A stretch of DNA of 64,000 bases from an uncultured Chloroflexia bacterium (GTDB taxonomy: Bacteria; Chloroflexota; Limnocylindria; Limnocylindrales; CSP1-4). Position numbers and translations under genes: made by a program. The first letter of the stretch is position 1, and every line of letters begins with the position of its first letter. The notes beneath the pieces were generated by a model. It was not told the DNA's origin and made no database searches. It saw nothing but the letters and a program-made list of their open reading frames with translations. The stretch covers positions 211,984 to 275,983 of the forward strand of contig OY970185.1 in the NCBI GenBank assembly GCA_963708015.1. Direction: 5' to 3'. Below, one piece after another: positions 50,940 to 61,101 of the stretch.

Positions 50940-52319
50940 TCAAGTCGTGCCGGCCGATCGACGCAAGACCCGCCGGGCCATCCCCAGACTGGTGTCGAAG
51001 GCGAAACGGATATCGGACAGGCGCGGGATCCAGAAGTCCGCCACCGAAGCTTGGTTTAGCCGGGCGGCGACGAAGGACAGAATGATGGCGGACAGCGAGT
51101 ATGAGATCAATGACGCCGCGGCAGCGCCGACGATCCCAAAGGAAGGGATCAGCAACAAGTTGACTGCGATGTTGACGACCAGTGACGCCACGTTGGCGTA
51201 TGACGTCACCGCGGTCATTCCAAGGCCGGCAAGGTAGCTGCTCAGGACTTTGGTCTGGCTCAATGCGACGACACCCGGCAGGATCACGAACAGCGGTGTC
51301 AGCGCCTGCTCGAAGGCCGGCAGCAAGACCCGGATCAGCACGATCGAGAAGGGCACGAGGACGATCGCCATCGCGCCCGTCAGCAGCAGTGTGACCCTGG
51401 CGACCATCGCGACCTGTCGGTCGGCGTCCTCACGGGTCGTCCCGGCCACGTGCGGGAAGAACACCGAGGAGACGGCATTCGGCAGGAAGAACACAAGCTG
51501 GGCAATCGTGACAGCCATGCTGTAGTAGCCGAGCGGTGCTGATGGGTTGGGCAGAATCCAGGCAAGGAGGTACACGTCCACCCGCAAGCTCAGGAAATTC
51601 GTCAGCGTCCCCGGGTAATACGGCAGGCCATAACCGAACAACTCGCGGTACGAAACCCCAGTTCGCCCGGGAACTGATGCACTGACCCGAACGGAGCCCA
51701 GGAAGTAGGCAAGCGTCCCGATGACGTAACACACGAAGAAGGCCCACAACGCACCGACCAGACCGAACCCAAGCACTCCAACCAGCACGATATACATCAC
51801 GACCGAACACGCGCTCTGGCCCAGGTTCACGGCCGAATACCAGCGCACTGACTGTCGTCCAAGCAGCACGCCGGTCGTAAACGTCGCGTTCAGCGCAAGC
51901 GGCAGGACCAACAAGCCCAGGATGATCTCGCTCGGATCGATCGAATCGAGGATCGTCGCCCGCAGGACCGGCAGAAGAGCAATCGTCAGAGCAAACGCCG
52001 GGCCCGCCAGGGCGACGGTCAGCAGGACCGTCTTCGTGTTGATTCCGGTCGTTTGGCCGCGGGCGGCGAAGAATCCAAAGGCCTGAGGTAGTCCGAGCTG
52101 GATGAGGACCATGATCGTGACCGGGAACAAGGTGATCAGGTAGAAGTCGCCCTTGCCCGCCGGGCCGAGGACGCGCGCGAGCAGAAAGCCGACGAGAATG
52201 CCGATCCCGGTTCCCAGGATCGAGGTGACAAAGAGCGTCAGGACCCGGTCGGAGAGGCCCTCGAGGCGGCCGGTCGCGACCGGCTCTTCAGCCCCGTTGG
52301 AAGTTCGCACCGTCGCCAT
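50940..52319 (-). CDS. wzx: oligosaccharide flippase (Wzx; MOP/polysaccharide biosynthesis protein family)
   Basis: 459 aa with about 12-14 TM helices and the typical PST-family profile. Confidence 0.8.
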   Translation of the reverse strand: MATVRTSNGAEEPVATGRLEGLSDRVLTLFVTSILGTGIGILVGFLLARVLGPAGKGDFYLITLFPVTIMVLIQLGLPQAFGFFAARGQTTGINTKTVLLTVALAGPAFALTIALLPVLRATILDSIDPSEIILGLLVLPLALNATFTTGVLLGRQSVRWYSAVNLGQSACSVVMYIVLVGVLGFGLVGALWAFFVCYVIGTLAYFLGSVRVSASVPGRTGVSYRELFGYGLPYYPGTLTNFLSLRVDVYLLAWILPNPSAPLGYYSMAVTIAQLVFFLPNAVSSVFFPHVAGTTREDADRQVAMVARVTLLLTGAMAIVLVPFSIVLIRVLLPAFEQALTPLFVILPGVVALSQTKVLSSYLAGLGMTAVTSYANVASLVVNIAVNLLLIPSFGIVGAAAASLISYSLSAIILSFVAARLNQASVADFWIPRLSDIRFAFDTSLGMARRVLRRSAGTT

Positions 52320-52444
52320 AGGTGGTGATTCTGCGTGTCGCGTTCAGCCGGCCAGTAGGTGGGTCGTCCCTCAGGAGCCCGGCGCCGCCCGAAGCATGGC
52401 GCCTCACGCGCAGCGTTGGGCCTTGTGCATTTGGCTGTAGCCGA

Positions 52445-53317
52445 TCATCTCGAGGCGTCCCGGGGGGGCTGTGTCGACCGAGCTACGAACTCGTCATCTG
52501 GCGTGCCTGCCCTGGTCGTCGTGCCGCGTGCCGCAGGCCAAGTCGGAGGCGGCGATTGCGGGCCGGCGCGTGCACGGCGCCACCAGCCTGGGACGGCGTA
52601 TGGTCCACCTTGCGGGTCCTCGGAGGCTTCGGAATCCTGAGTTGCCACGGTCTGTGAGGGTCCGTCTGGATTGGTCCGGAACCCGCCGCGCCGCTGCCAG
52701 AGATTCTCGCCCAAAAAGGCAATGCTGATCGTCAGGAAGAGGGCGATCGCCCCGCCCAAGGCGACCCTGATCACAAACCCCGGGCCGTCACGAACGGTTG
52801 GGGCTGTCGCAGGATCGACGACGGTGAGGGCGACGAGCTTCGCAACGTTGGCATCGCTCGGATTCGGTGGCGCGTACACCTGAAGGTCGGAGGCGATGGC
52901 GTTTGCGAGAGCGCTCGCCTGGGCGGGATCCCGGTCCGACACACTAATTTCGAGCAGGTTCGTACCCGCAGGAATGTGAGTGGACACGGCTTGGGTGAGG
53001 GCCAGGACGTTGGTGTTCGCGTTGGTCGAGCTGATGACCCGATCGAGGACCGGGGTGGTCGTGGCAAGCTCGGCAAATGTCGGGATCAGCGCCTGGGCGA
53101 CCTCAAGGTCACTCGTGTTGACACCGGTATTGGTGTCGGCCGGGGCAACGAGCAAGGTCACATGGGCCGTATAGGTCGGCGGCGTGATCGCGGCGACACC
53201 AACGGCAATGACCAGGCCAATTACCGTTCCACCCAGGATGAACCAACCCCAGGTGCGCACGATCGACCGGAGTCCCCGGCTAGCCGAAGGTCCGGCGGGA
53301 ATGGATTGGCTGCTCAC
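52445..53317 (-). CDS. Wzz-like polysaccharide chain-length determinant / co-polymerase (no kinase domain)
   Basis: TM1 is WGWFILGGTVIGLVIAVGVAAI. A periplasmic region of about 170 aa follows, then TM2 IRVALGGAIALFLTISIAFLGE. The tail after TM2 is low complexity. Confidence 0.6.
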   Translation of the reverse strand: MSSQSIPAGPSASRGLRSIVRTWGWFILGGTVIGLVIAVGVAAITPPTYTAHVTLLVAPADTNTGVNTSDLEVAQALIPTFAELATTTPVLDRVISSTNANTNVLALTQAVSTHIPAGTNLLEISVSDRDPAQASALANAIASDLQVYAPPNPSDANVAKLVALTVVDPATAPTVRDGPGFVIRVALGGAIALFLTISIAFLGENLWQRRGGFRTNPDGPSQTVATQDSEASEDPQGGPYAVPGWWRRARAGPQSPPPTWPAARGTTTRAGTPDDEFVARSTQPPRDASR

Positions 53318-54555
53318 TAGACGCGCACCGTATCACCGCTGGTAAGTAGGGGAACAATGGGACCTTTGTCCGCTGCCGGGAAGTCAGCCGCAATCGAGCG
53401 ATAGTGTTGCAGTAGCGCCGCCGCGTTGACATCGACGTCGTAGTCCCGCTTGACGAGCTCCTGGAGTCGAGTCGCTGCCTCGTTCGCGCTGGAGCGGTCA
53501 TCGACGAACGAGGTCAGGGCGGCCGCGACCGAAGTCGCGGAGACCTCGGGGAGCAGCCTTCCCCGGTCGCTCCCGAGGAGCTCGGGAATCCCGCCAACCG
53601 AGCTGGCGATGACTGGCAGACCCAGTGACCCGGCTTCGACAAGCACCGTGGGGAGCCCTTCGCTGTACGACGGCAGGACAAGAACGTCAGCGGCCGACAT
53701 ATAGCGAATGACGTCTCCATGCGTCTGAGCGCCACGATATTCAAGCCGTGTGGGAGCCCGTGAGTCGTCGGTGCCGTAGCCCCGCTCAGGTCCGTCGCCA
53801 ATCAGAACGCCGACCAGCGGTCCGTCGAGCCCGAGAACTGCATCGACGAACTCGCGAACCCCCTTGGCGCGCTTGAGCTCACCTACGTACAACACGACGA
53901 GGGAGCCCTGGGGTAGTCCGACTAGCGCCCGAGCCTTAGATCGTGGCAACGCCCCAGCGGCGATCGCTCGATGATCCGAGCCCAGAGGCAGATATGTCGC
54001 CCGGACTCCCGTGACTTCCCGGATCCGGTCAGCCAGGGCCTGACTCACGGCGAAGACCGCCCCAGCGCGAGCGACGGCTTCCCGCAAGTCCGACATCCGC
54101 TCCGGATGCTCGTCGGGCCAGCGATTGATGTCGCTGCCGTGGAAGGTCAGAACGTACGGAAGCGCGGCCCGCGCCGCAAGGTGCCAGGCTGCCAGGCCCG
54201 TGACCGAGTAGTGGCCGTGGATGATCCGGGCGCCCGCCCAATCGCGGCGCGCTCGCCACATCGCATCCGCAATCACACGATCGGGACGTGCCCAGGTCGG
54301 CTCCCCCGGAACGTTCACGTAGCGAGGACGAATCACGGCCACGTTTTGATCGCGAGAACGGCGGGGAGCGTGAGCGTACTCGCGCCAGCGTGGCCTGATC
54401 GCCGACAGGGGCCACGGAGCCCATGGGGTTGGTGCTGCCACGGTGACCGCTGGCCCGAGCCGGGCGATCGCCCTGGCCTGGGTCTGGTAGAACACGCCGT
54501 TCGCGGGTTGCTCGATCCATGGGTACGCCCGAGTGATCCACAGCGCGTCGGTCAT
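53317..54555 (-). CDS. glycosyltransferase family 4
   Basis: Contains the EX7E region SYSEGLPTVLVEAGSLGLPVIAS. The start at Met20 ATGA-couples to the upstream stop. Confidence 0.8.
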   Translation of the reverse strand: MTDALWITRAYPWIEQPANGVFYQTQARAIARLGPAVTVAAPTPWAPWPLSAIRPRWREYAHAPRRSRDQNVAVIRPRYVNVPGEPTWARPDRVIADAMWRARRDWAGARIIHGHYSVTGLAAWHLAARAALPYVLTFHGSDINRWPDEHPERMSDLREAVARAGAVFAVSQALADRIREVTGVRATYLPLGSDHRAIAAGALPRSKARALVGLPQGSLVVLYVGELKRAKGVREFVDAVLGLDGPLVGVLIGDGPERGYGTDDSRAPTRLEYRGAQTHGDVIRYMSAADVLVLPSYSEGLPTVLVEAGSLGLPVIASSVGGIPELLGSDRGRLLPEVSATSVAAALTSFVDDRSSANEAATRLQELVKRDYDVDVNAAALLQHYRSIAADFPAADKGPIVPLLTSGDTVRV

Positions 54556-55955
54556 GTGGTCACTACGGAAGGTTCGACCGTCGAGGCCCCGACTGACCGG
54601 CGCATTCCCCACAGCGCCTCCTGCTTCTTGAGATAAGCGAGGCCCGCGGCCATCCCGATCAAGAGCCAGAGCTCCTTTCGGGTAAGCATGTCCTGGAACA
54701 GGGCAATGATCACGAGTGACGCCAGGGCCGCCTGGACGAAATCGGCATCAGGGCCCCAGCCGCGGCGAACGACCAGCGGAACCAGGAAGGCGGCGAGAAG
54801 CACGAATCCCACGATTCCAAGCTCGCCCAGCGTGCTGATCACGAGGTTGTGGGCCTCTAGGTTCGCCAACCCGTTCGGGTCTGTCGTCTCCACCGACGAC
54901 GCGCGAAGTAATTCAGGCGTGTTGGCAACAGCGAAATTAGACAGCCCGACGCCGGTAACGGGAGCCGATTCGATGATGCTGATGCCGACCGTCCAGATAT
55001 CTGTTCGACCAGCCCCGCCGGAGGACAAGGCGGTGTCCGTTCGCTCGTTCACGAGCGCGGCGATGCCCGGGATCTGAAGGGTGATCAGGACGAGGGCCAG
55101 GACGAAGACCACGGCTGCGGCTCGCCGGAGCGGGTCGAGGCGAGGCAACAGGAACACAATGACGACGACGGCCAGGCTCAGCCAGGCACCCCTCGTCCCG
55201 GAGATCGCAATCCCAACAGTGCCAGCGAGCGCAATCGCTGCGCTGGGGATCAGCCAGCGACCGTGCAGGAGCTCGTTCAGGGTGAAAACGATCGCGGGAA
55301 GGAGGATCGCCGCGAAATAGGCGGGATTCTGGTCGGTCAGACCCGCAATCCTGCCGTCCTGGTTCCCACCACCCAGGGCCACAAACGTCGCGATGCCGAG
55401 CACCGCGGTCCCACCTGCAGCCAGGCTGTAGGCCCACATTACCGGGCGGATGATCGACGGATCTTCAACGACCACACTGGCCACGAGCACGGCCACGATG
55501 AGGACCAAGACCAGGGCCGGAATCGCCGCCGAGGTGGGCGCTGGGTCGAGTGCCCACGTGATGCTGAAGACCGCCCAGAGGACGAACCCGAAGGCCGGCA
55601 CGGGCATGGCCCGGACCGACAGGCGACCGAGCCGTGGAATCCCGTAGCTCACGATGAACAGGAGCTCGGCGTACCGGCTAAGGGTCCCTAGGTCGCCGAT
55701 GACGACGGCCTGCTCAAACGGGATCAGCACGGCCAGGCCGAAGAGCGGCAGGAGCGGCCAACGCAGGCTCAGCAGGACCAGGAACCCGGCGCCGGCGATG
55801 GCAGCTGCCTGGATGTCGCGGCCGGTCCAGCTCGCGCCGGCGACGATCAGGCCGACGATGACCAGAAGACCGGCCGCGGCCACGCCCGCGAGGATCCGCC
55901 GGTCAAGGCGCACCAGTGGAAGCCGGTCGCGAACAACAACGTGGGGCGGGATCAA
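54552..55955 (-). CDS. O-antigen ligase / polymerase family membrane protein (Wzy/WaaL-like)
   Basis: 467 aa with about 10-12 TM helices and a large loop carrying ...GTRGAWLSL..., which is Wzy_C-like. Confidence 0.75.
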   Translation of the reverse strand: MIPPHVVVRDRLPLVRLDRRILAGVAAAGLLVIVGLIVAGASWTGRDIQAAAIAGAGFLVLLSLRWPLLPLFGLAVLIPFEQAVVIGDLGTLSRYAELLFIVSYGIPRLGRLSVRAMPVPAFGFVLWAVFSITWALDPAPTSAAIPALVLVLIVAVLVASVVVEDPSIIRPVMWAYSLAAGGTAVLGIATFVALGGGNQDGRIAGLTDQNPAYFAAILLPAIVFTLNELLHGRWLIPSAAIALAGTVGIAISGTRGAWLSLAVVVIVFLLPRLDPLRRAAAVVFVLALVLITLQIPGIAALVNERTDTALSSGGAGRTDIWTVGISIIESAPVTGVGLSNFAVANTPELLRASSVETTDPNGLANLEAHNLVISTLGELGIVGFVLLAAFLVPLVVRRGWGPDADFVQAALASLVIIALFQDMLTRKELWLLIGMAAGLAYLKKQEALWGMRRSVGASTVEPSVVTT

Positions 55956-56144
55956 GAATTGAACTCGCAGCGCGGACGGCCCGGATCGGACTCGGGGTCC
56001 GTCACCCGGGCCGAGTGCGACCGTTCAGAATGACCCAGGCAGTACCAGACCCGACGCATCGGTAGAGCATACGAGGAACCTCAAAAGTGGAGCCATTGGC
56101 CAAAAGTCCACAGCGGGCGCGAGTCGACGCCCTGCGTCCCGGGA

Positions 56145-57107
56145 GTGCGAGCTAGGCCGGTGTCTACCCTGTCGTTCCCGTCGGGCGCCCGGTTTGCCTT
56201 CTCGATCTTCGATGATGCCGACAACGCCACGGTAGCGAACTCCGCCCCTGTTTATGCCCTGCTTGCCCGAAACGGCATCCTTACCACCAAGTCTGTCTGG
56301 GTCTATCCACCCCGCGGGCGCTTTACTGGGGAATCGCTGCTCGACGCCGAGTACCGCGAGTGGGTTCTGCGCCTCAAGGCACAAGGCTTCGAGATTGGCC
56401 TCCATAACGTGGGCGACGGAGCCTTCGCCCGGGACGAGATCCTGAAGGGCCTGGATATCTTCCGAGACAGCCTCGGCAGCTACCCCCGGGCGCATGCCAA
56501 CCATGTCTCAAACCCGGATTGCATCTACTGGTGGGATCGTCGGTTTGAGTGGCCGTTCGACCTGCTCTACCGACTCTCGTATCGACTTCGCCACGGTCGC
56601 CTGAATCGCCGGGCAGGCAGTGACCCGAGCTCTCCCCACTTCTGGGGGGATGCATTCAAGGAGCATGTCGACTATGTCCGGAACCTGACATTCAACGGGA
56701 TCGACACGCTGGCGCTCGATCCTCGGATGCCCTACCGAGTGAAGTCCAAGGAGGCATTCTCGAACCTGTGGTTCAGCTCCTCGGATGGCCAGCGGATCGA
56801 GGAGATGCGCGATCTCCTGTCCAAGGCAAACGTTGATGCCCTCGAGGCCAGCGGCGGAGTTTGCATCGTGTACACCCACTTCGCGAGTGGTTTCGTGGAT
56901 GCCGCGGGCGTAGTCGATCCAACCTTCGAGCAGGAGATCGCCTATCTCGCCTCGAGAAATGGCTGGTTCGTTCCGGTGAGTACGCTCCTGGACTACCTCG
57001 CGGTGTCTCACGGATCGACAGAGGACCCCGGCTACCGCTATCGCCTTGCCCGGAATGCTCGATGGGCGATCGACCGGGTCCGAAAGCGGCGGCGCTATGG
57101 GCGCTGA
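56145..57107 (+). CDS. hypothetical protein, possibly polysaccharide-deacetylase-like (CE4/NodB-type)
   Basis: 320 aa. Shows FSIFDDADN (a DD motif) and AHANH (HxxH). The assignment is weak. Confidence 0.35.
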   Translation: MRARPVSTLSFPSGARFAFSIFDDADNATVANSAPVYALLARNGILTTKSVWVYPPRGRFTGESLLDAEYREWVLRLKAQGFEIGLHNVGDGAFARDEILKGLDIFRDSLGSYPRAHANHVSNPDCIYWWDRRFEWPFDLLYRLSYRLRHGRLNRRAGSDPSSPHFWGDAFKEHVDYVRNLTFNGIDTLALDPRMPYRVKSKEAFSNLWFSSSDGQRIEEMRDLLSKANVDALEASGGVCIVYTHFASGFVDAAGVVDPTFEQEIAYLASRNGWFVPVSTLLDYLAVSHGSTEDPGYRYRLARNARWAIDRVRKRRRYGR

Positions 57108-58617
57108 TCGCGATCCGATTCTTGCCTTCGGATTTGCCACCGATGGACCGATCGCGGCGTGGCAGGCTGACTGCCTTGCGGCTCTGTCCGCTGTCGACGG
57201 GGTCCGCGTCGAACGATGGTTCCGCGCCGGTCAGGACACGCCGTGGCAGGGCGGTGAGCCAGCACCCGGGACGATTGGAGGCGACGCTCCAAAACGGCTC
57301 GATGTCCTGCTGGACTTCACTCGGGCTGGGCTCTTGGCTCCCTTGGAAGTTGCGGCAGAGGCTTGGCATTTCTCATACGGTCAAGGGGATCTTCGAGACC
57401 CGGCGCGGGCAGCCGTCCTCGACTATGTTCGTACACCCGGCCACTCGAAGGTCGCCCTGATCTCCGAGCCCGAGGCGAGAATTCTGCGCGAAGGCATCTT
57501 GTTCTGGTCGCGAGGGGAACAGTTGGACCGGATCCGGTTCGATCCGGCCGAGTGGCCCGCAATCGTCGCTCGCGACCGGATGGAGCAGATGCGCCGGACA
57601 ATCCCCGAGGCGGTCCCTGCCGATGCCTCAGCAGGTCGGCAGGCGTCGAGCCCGCGCCCGGACCGCTTGGCGGGAGTGCCAGGCGCCGTCCTGACCGGCG
57701 CGACCATCGGTCGGCGGATCATGGGCGCGGCCCGCTTCGCGACGCGGCACGACGATTGGAATATTGGCGTCGTTGCAGCCCCGATCCGGGAGTTCCTGAC
57801 GATCAGGCAAAGTCCGGACGTCGTCTGGCTACCACGTCGTGCCGGCCATTTCGCGGCGGATCCATTTGGAGTCGAACGGGCCGGCGTGCTGCATCTCTTC
57901 TTCGAGGATTACGACCAGAAGACCGGCCGCGGCTCAATCGCCTACCGATCGATCGACCCGTCCGGCACGGCAACCGAGGCCGAAACGGTCCTCGACCCGG
58001 GCGTCCATGCCTCATATCCGTTCATCGTCGAACGAGACGGAACGACTTTCATGATCCCGGAGACATCCGCCGCCGGCGAGCTCGTCCTCTATGAAGCGAC
58101 CGACTTCCCGCGTTCCTGGCGCCGCGCCGCGACCCTGCTCTCGATTCCTGTCGCGGACGCGACGGTGGTCGAGTTCGAAGGGCGATGGTGGATGTTCGGG
58201 ACGCGAACGGACCGGGGACCCAACAACAACCTGTTCATTTGGCACGCCCCTGATCTGGAGGGCCCATGGAGTCCGCATGAGGGCAATCCGGTCAAGACCG
58301 AGGCCCGGTCAGCTCGACCCGGGGGTACGCCGTTCGTGGCCGATGGTCGACTCTATCGACCGAGCCAGGACAACTCTCGCAGCTACGGCGGCGGCCTCGT
58401 CGTCAATCAGATCGAGGTCCTCACGCCCCGCTCATTCGCCGAGCGGGCGGTCAGGACATTCGCGCCTGAACCCGGATCGAGCCAACCAGACGGGTGGCAC
58501 ACGCTTTCGACCGTGGGCGCGAAGACTCTGATCGATGGCAACCGCCGGCACTTCGTTCCCGAGACGCTGAGGCTCACGCTGACCCGGCGTCTGAACTCGA
58601 CGGTCCGGGCTCGGTAG
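57097..58617 (+). CDS. hypothetical two-domain protein; the C-terminal half looks like a 5-bladed beta-propeller (GH43/GH32/GH130-like fold)
   Basis: The start at Met18 overlaps the upstream stop. The C-terminus reads YPFIVERDGTTFMIPETS...WWMFGTRTD...LFIWHAPDLEGPWSPHEGNPV. No confident family was identified. Confidence 0.35.
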   Translation: MGADRDPILAFGFATDGPIAAWQADCLAALSAVDGVRVERWFRAGQDTPWQGGEPAPGTIGGDAPKRLDVLLDFTRAGLLAPLEVAAEAWHFSYGQGDLRDPARAAVLDYVRTPGHSKVALISEPEARILREGILFWSRGEQLDRIRFDPAEWPAIVARDRMEQMRRTIPEAVPADASAGRQASSPRPDRLAGVPGAVLTGATIGRRIMGAARFATRHDDWNIGVVAAPIREFLTIRQSPDVVWLPRRAGHFAADPFGVERAGVLHLFFEDYDQKTGRGSIAYRSIDPSGTATEAETVLDPGVHASYPFIVERDGTTFMIPETSAAGELVLYEATDFPRSWRRAATLLSIPVADATVVEFEGRWWMFGTRTDRGPNNNLFIWHAPDLEGPWSPHEGNPVKTEARSARPGGTPFVADGRLYRPSQDNSRSYGGGLVVNQIEVLTPRSFAERAVRTFAPEPGSSQPDGWHTLSTVGAKTLIDGNRRHFVPETLRLTLTRRLNSTVRAR

Positions 58618-59290
58618 GGGCCAAGGGAGCGGGGACGGCCCCGCCAGGCGGCCCGTCTGTCACGCGCGATTGCAACGGAAAGCCGATTTCATCGACGTCC
58701 TGAATCTCGCGCACGTCCGTCTTCCTCAGGACTTGGGCCAGGGTCATCCCAATAATCTGGAGATCGAGCGACAGGCTTCGATGATCGACGTACCAGACGT
58801 CCAGCGCGATCCGTTCCTGAAACGGCATCGTGTGCCGGCCATGGACGGCCGCCCAGCTGGTGATCCCGGGTCGGACGTCGTGCCGACGGTGCTCTTCGGG
58901 GGTGTAGGCAGCGAGGTACTCGAGCAGCAAGGGACGCGGCCCGACGAGGCTCATCTCACCACGGAGCACGTTCCACAGTTCGGGCAATTCGTCGAGGCTT
59001 GTAGAGCGGAGCAATGGTCCGATCCGGGTCAGTCGTGTGGCGTCGGTTCGATATTGGTCCTCACCAGGCCGTACCTCCCGCATCGTCCGGAACTTGAGGA
59101 TCGTGAATGGGCGACCGTTCAGCCCCGGCCGAGGTTGGCGGAATAGGATTGGGCGACCGGAGGTAACCAGTACGGCAACGGCGACCCACAGGAGAACCGG
59201 CGACAGGATGACAAGCCCAATAGCCGCCCCAGTCACGTCCGTGAGCCGCTTCAGGCCGGATGAACGTCCGTCGCGTAGTGATCGACTCAG
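58574..59290 (-). CDS. polyprenyl-phosphate sugar phosphotransferase (small 'bacterial sugar transferase' / WbaP-C-terminal-like priming enzyme)
   Basis: A TM helix (VTGAAIGLVILSPVLLWVAVAVLV) is followed by PGLNGRPFTILKFRTM and DELPELWNVLRGEMSLVGPRP. The start is uncertain. The ORF extends to 59578, but its first ~95 codons are not protein-like. Confidence 0.7.
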   Translation of the reverse strand: MSRSLRDGRSSGLKRLTDVTGAAIGLVILSPVLLWVAVAVLVTSGRPILFRQPRPGLNGRPFTILKFRTMREVRPGEDQYRTDATRLTRIGPLLRSTSLDELPELWNVLRGEMSLVGPRPLLLEYLAAYTPEEHRRHDVRPGITSWAAVHGRHTMPFQERIALDVWYVDHRSLSLDLQIIGMTLAQVLRKTDVREIQDVDEIGFPLQSRVTDGPPGGAVPAPLAPTEPGPSSSDAGSA

Positions 59291-59395
59291 CGTACCTCTC
59301 CCCGATCGGCTGGAATTTCTCCGGCTCGGAGATTTGGAATCCCCAGGGCCAAACGCGGCGCTTGAGCCCAGGGTGATGCTACCGCGACGCCCACA

Positions 59396-60370
59396 GTGAA
59401 CTCGGGGACAAATGTTCTGATCACCGCCGCCGGGCGGCGGACGAGCCTGGTGCGGGCCTTCGTCGAGGCGTCGGCCGTGCGTGGCGGTCGGACCTACGCG
59501 GCGGACGTCGACCCCCTCGCCCCCAGCCTCTTCCTTGCGGACGGTGCCGTTCGGCTCTCGCCAAGCCACGACCCGCATTACGTCGACCGGTTGCTCGAGA
59601 TCGTGCTCGACCTCGGGATCCGCCTGCTCGTGCCGACGATCGATCCAGATCTCCCAATCTTGTCTGGTAGTCGCAAACGGCTCGAAGATGCAGGGTGCCT
59701 GGTCGCGGTCTCGAGCGAGGGTTTCGTTTCGATCACGGCCGACAAGCTGACGACGGTGACGGCATTTCGTTCACGCGGCGTCGATGTGCCAGCGACGTGG
59801 CTGCCGGGGACCGACCCAGCTGAGCTGCCTGCGCGGGTGTTCCTGAAGCCAAGCCGCGGAAGCGCCAGCAAGGACACGTATGTCGTCGGTCGAGCCGATC
59901 TCGACCGGTTACTACCGATGATCGAGGGGCCGATCCTCCAGGAGGTGCTCGACGGCCCGGAGATCACGATCGACGCCCTGCTCGACTTCGCCGGCCAACC
60001 GATTTACTTCGTCCCCCGCCGGCGGATCCGAACGCTTGCCGGTGAATTGATCCAGGGGGTGACGATTGAGCACGATCCGGAGTTCGAGGAATGGATCGAA
60101 CAACTCCTGATTCTCTGTGGAGAGTTGGGTGCAGCCGGTCCCCTCACGCTCCAGGCCTTCCGCACCGCCAGGGGTCCGGTCCTCTCGGAGATCAATGCCC
60201 GCTTTGGGGGAGGCTTTCCCCTGGGCCTTGCCGCCGGCGGGCGCTATCCGGCCTGGCTGCTCGACATGGCGGCCGGGCTCGAAGTTCCCAAGCGCATGGG
60301 CGACTACGAGGCGGGCGTGTATATGACCCGACACCACGTTGAGATCCTGACCCGCTCACCGAAGTGGTGA
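59396..60370 (+). CDS. ATP-grasp domain protein
   Basis: 324 aa with a PylC/CarB-like ATP-grasp layout (VLITAAGRR...; ...VFLKPSRGSASKDTYVV...; ...SEINARFGGG). Confidence 0.7.
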   Translation: MNSGTNVLITAAGRRTSLVRAFVEASAVRGGRTYAADVDPLAPSLFLADGAVRLSPSHDPHYVDRLLEIVLDLGIRLLVPTIDPDLPILSGSRKRLEDAGCLVAVSSEGFVSITADKLTTVTAFRSRGVDVPATWLPGTDPAELPARVFLKPSRGSASKDTYVVGRADLDRLLPMIEGPILQEVLDGPEITIDALLDFAGQPIYFVPRRRIRTLAGELIQGVTIEHDPEFEEWIEQLLILCGELGAAGPLTLQAFRTARGPVLSEINARFGGGFPLGLAAGGRYPAWLLDMAAGLEVPKRMGDYEAGVYMTRHHVEILTRSPKW

Positions 60371-61044
60371 TCGAGGGCGTTGTCTTCGACATCGATGACA
60401 CGCTGTACTTCGAACGCGAGTACGTGAGGAGCGGGTTCCTGCACGTGGCGGGAACCATTGCCAGTTCCGAGGCCGAGCGGGACGTCCTCTTTGCCTGGCT
60501 GTGGAGCGAATTCGAGCGGGGCCGTCGGGGAGACACCTTCGATCGCCTGAGCGCAGCCTTCCCCACCGTGCAAGGAAGGTTCTCGACGTCCCTTCTGGTC
60601 GACGAGTATCGCCAGCATCGCCCGACGATTTCGCTCATCCCGGGCGTCGCCGAGTTGCTCGAGGAGATGCAACAGCGCGGACTTCGATTGGGGGCCTTGT
60701 CGGACGGACCCTTGGCGAGCCAGGAAGCCAAGGCAGCGGCCCTCGACCTCGCCAGTTGGCTGGATCCAATCGTGTTCACATCCGCGCTCGGTCCGGCCTA
60801 TGCCAAACCTGCGATCGGTGGCTTCGAAATGATCCGCGAGCTGTGGGGAATCGATCCCGATCGGCTGCTCTACGTCGGGGACAACCCACTCAAGGACTTC
60901 GCGGGACCGCGTCGGCTGGGCTGGCACACGGTGCGCCTGCGCAACCCGTCGCAGTTGCGCTTTGGACTGGAGTCCCGGGACGAGCTCGAGGGTCCGGAGG
61001 TCGAGATCCAGACGATCCCCGAACTGAGCGCCCTGGTCGGCTAA
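60364..61044 (+). CDS. HAD family hydrolase
   Basis: Motif I is VVFDIDDTLY. Motif IV is YVGDNPLKD. Confidence 0.8.
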   Translation: MVIEGVVFDIDDTLYFEREYVRSGFLHVAGTIASSEAERDVLFAWLWSEFERGRRGDTFDRLSAAFPTVQGRFSTSLLVDEYRQHRPTISLIPGVAELLEEMQQRGLRLGALSDGPLASQEAKAAALDLASWLDPIVFTSALGPAYAKPAIGGFEMIRELWGIDPDRLLYVGDNPLKDFAGPRRLGWHTVRLRNPSQLRFGLESRDELEGPEVEIQTIPELSALVG

Positions 61045-61101
61045 TCTTCAGGTCCGCCATGCGGCAGACGGTTTGCGCGCAGAAAGCGGCTGGAGGCACT
61101 C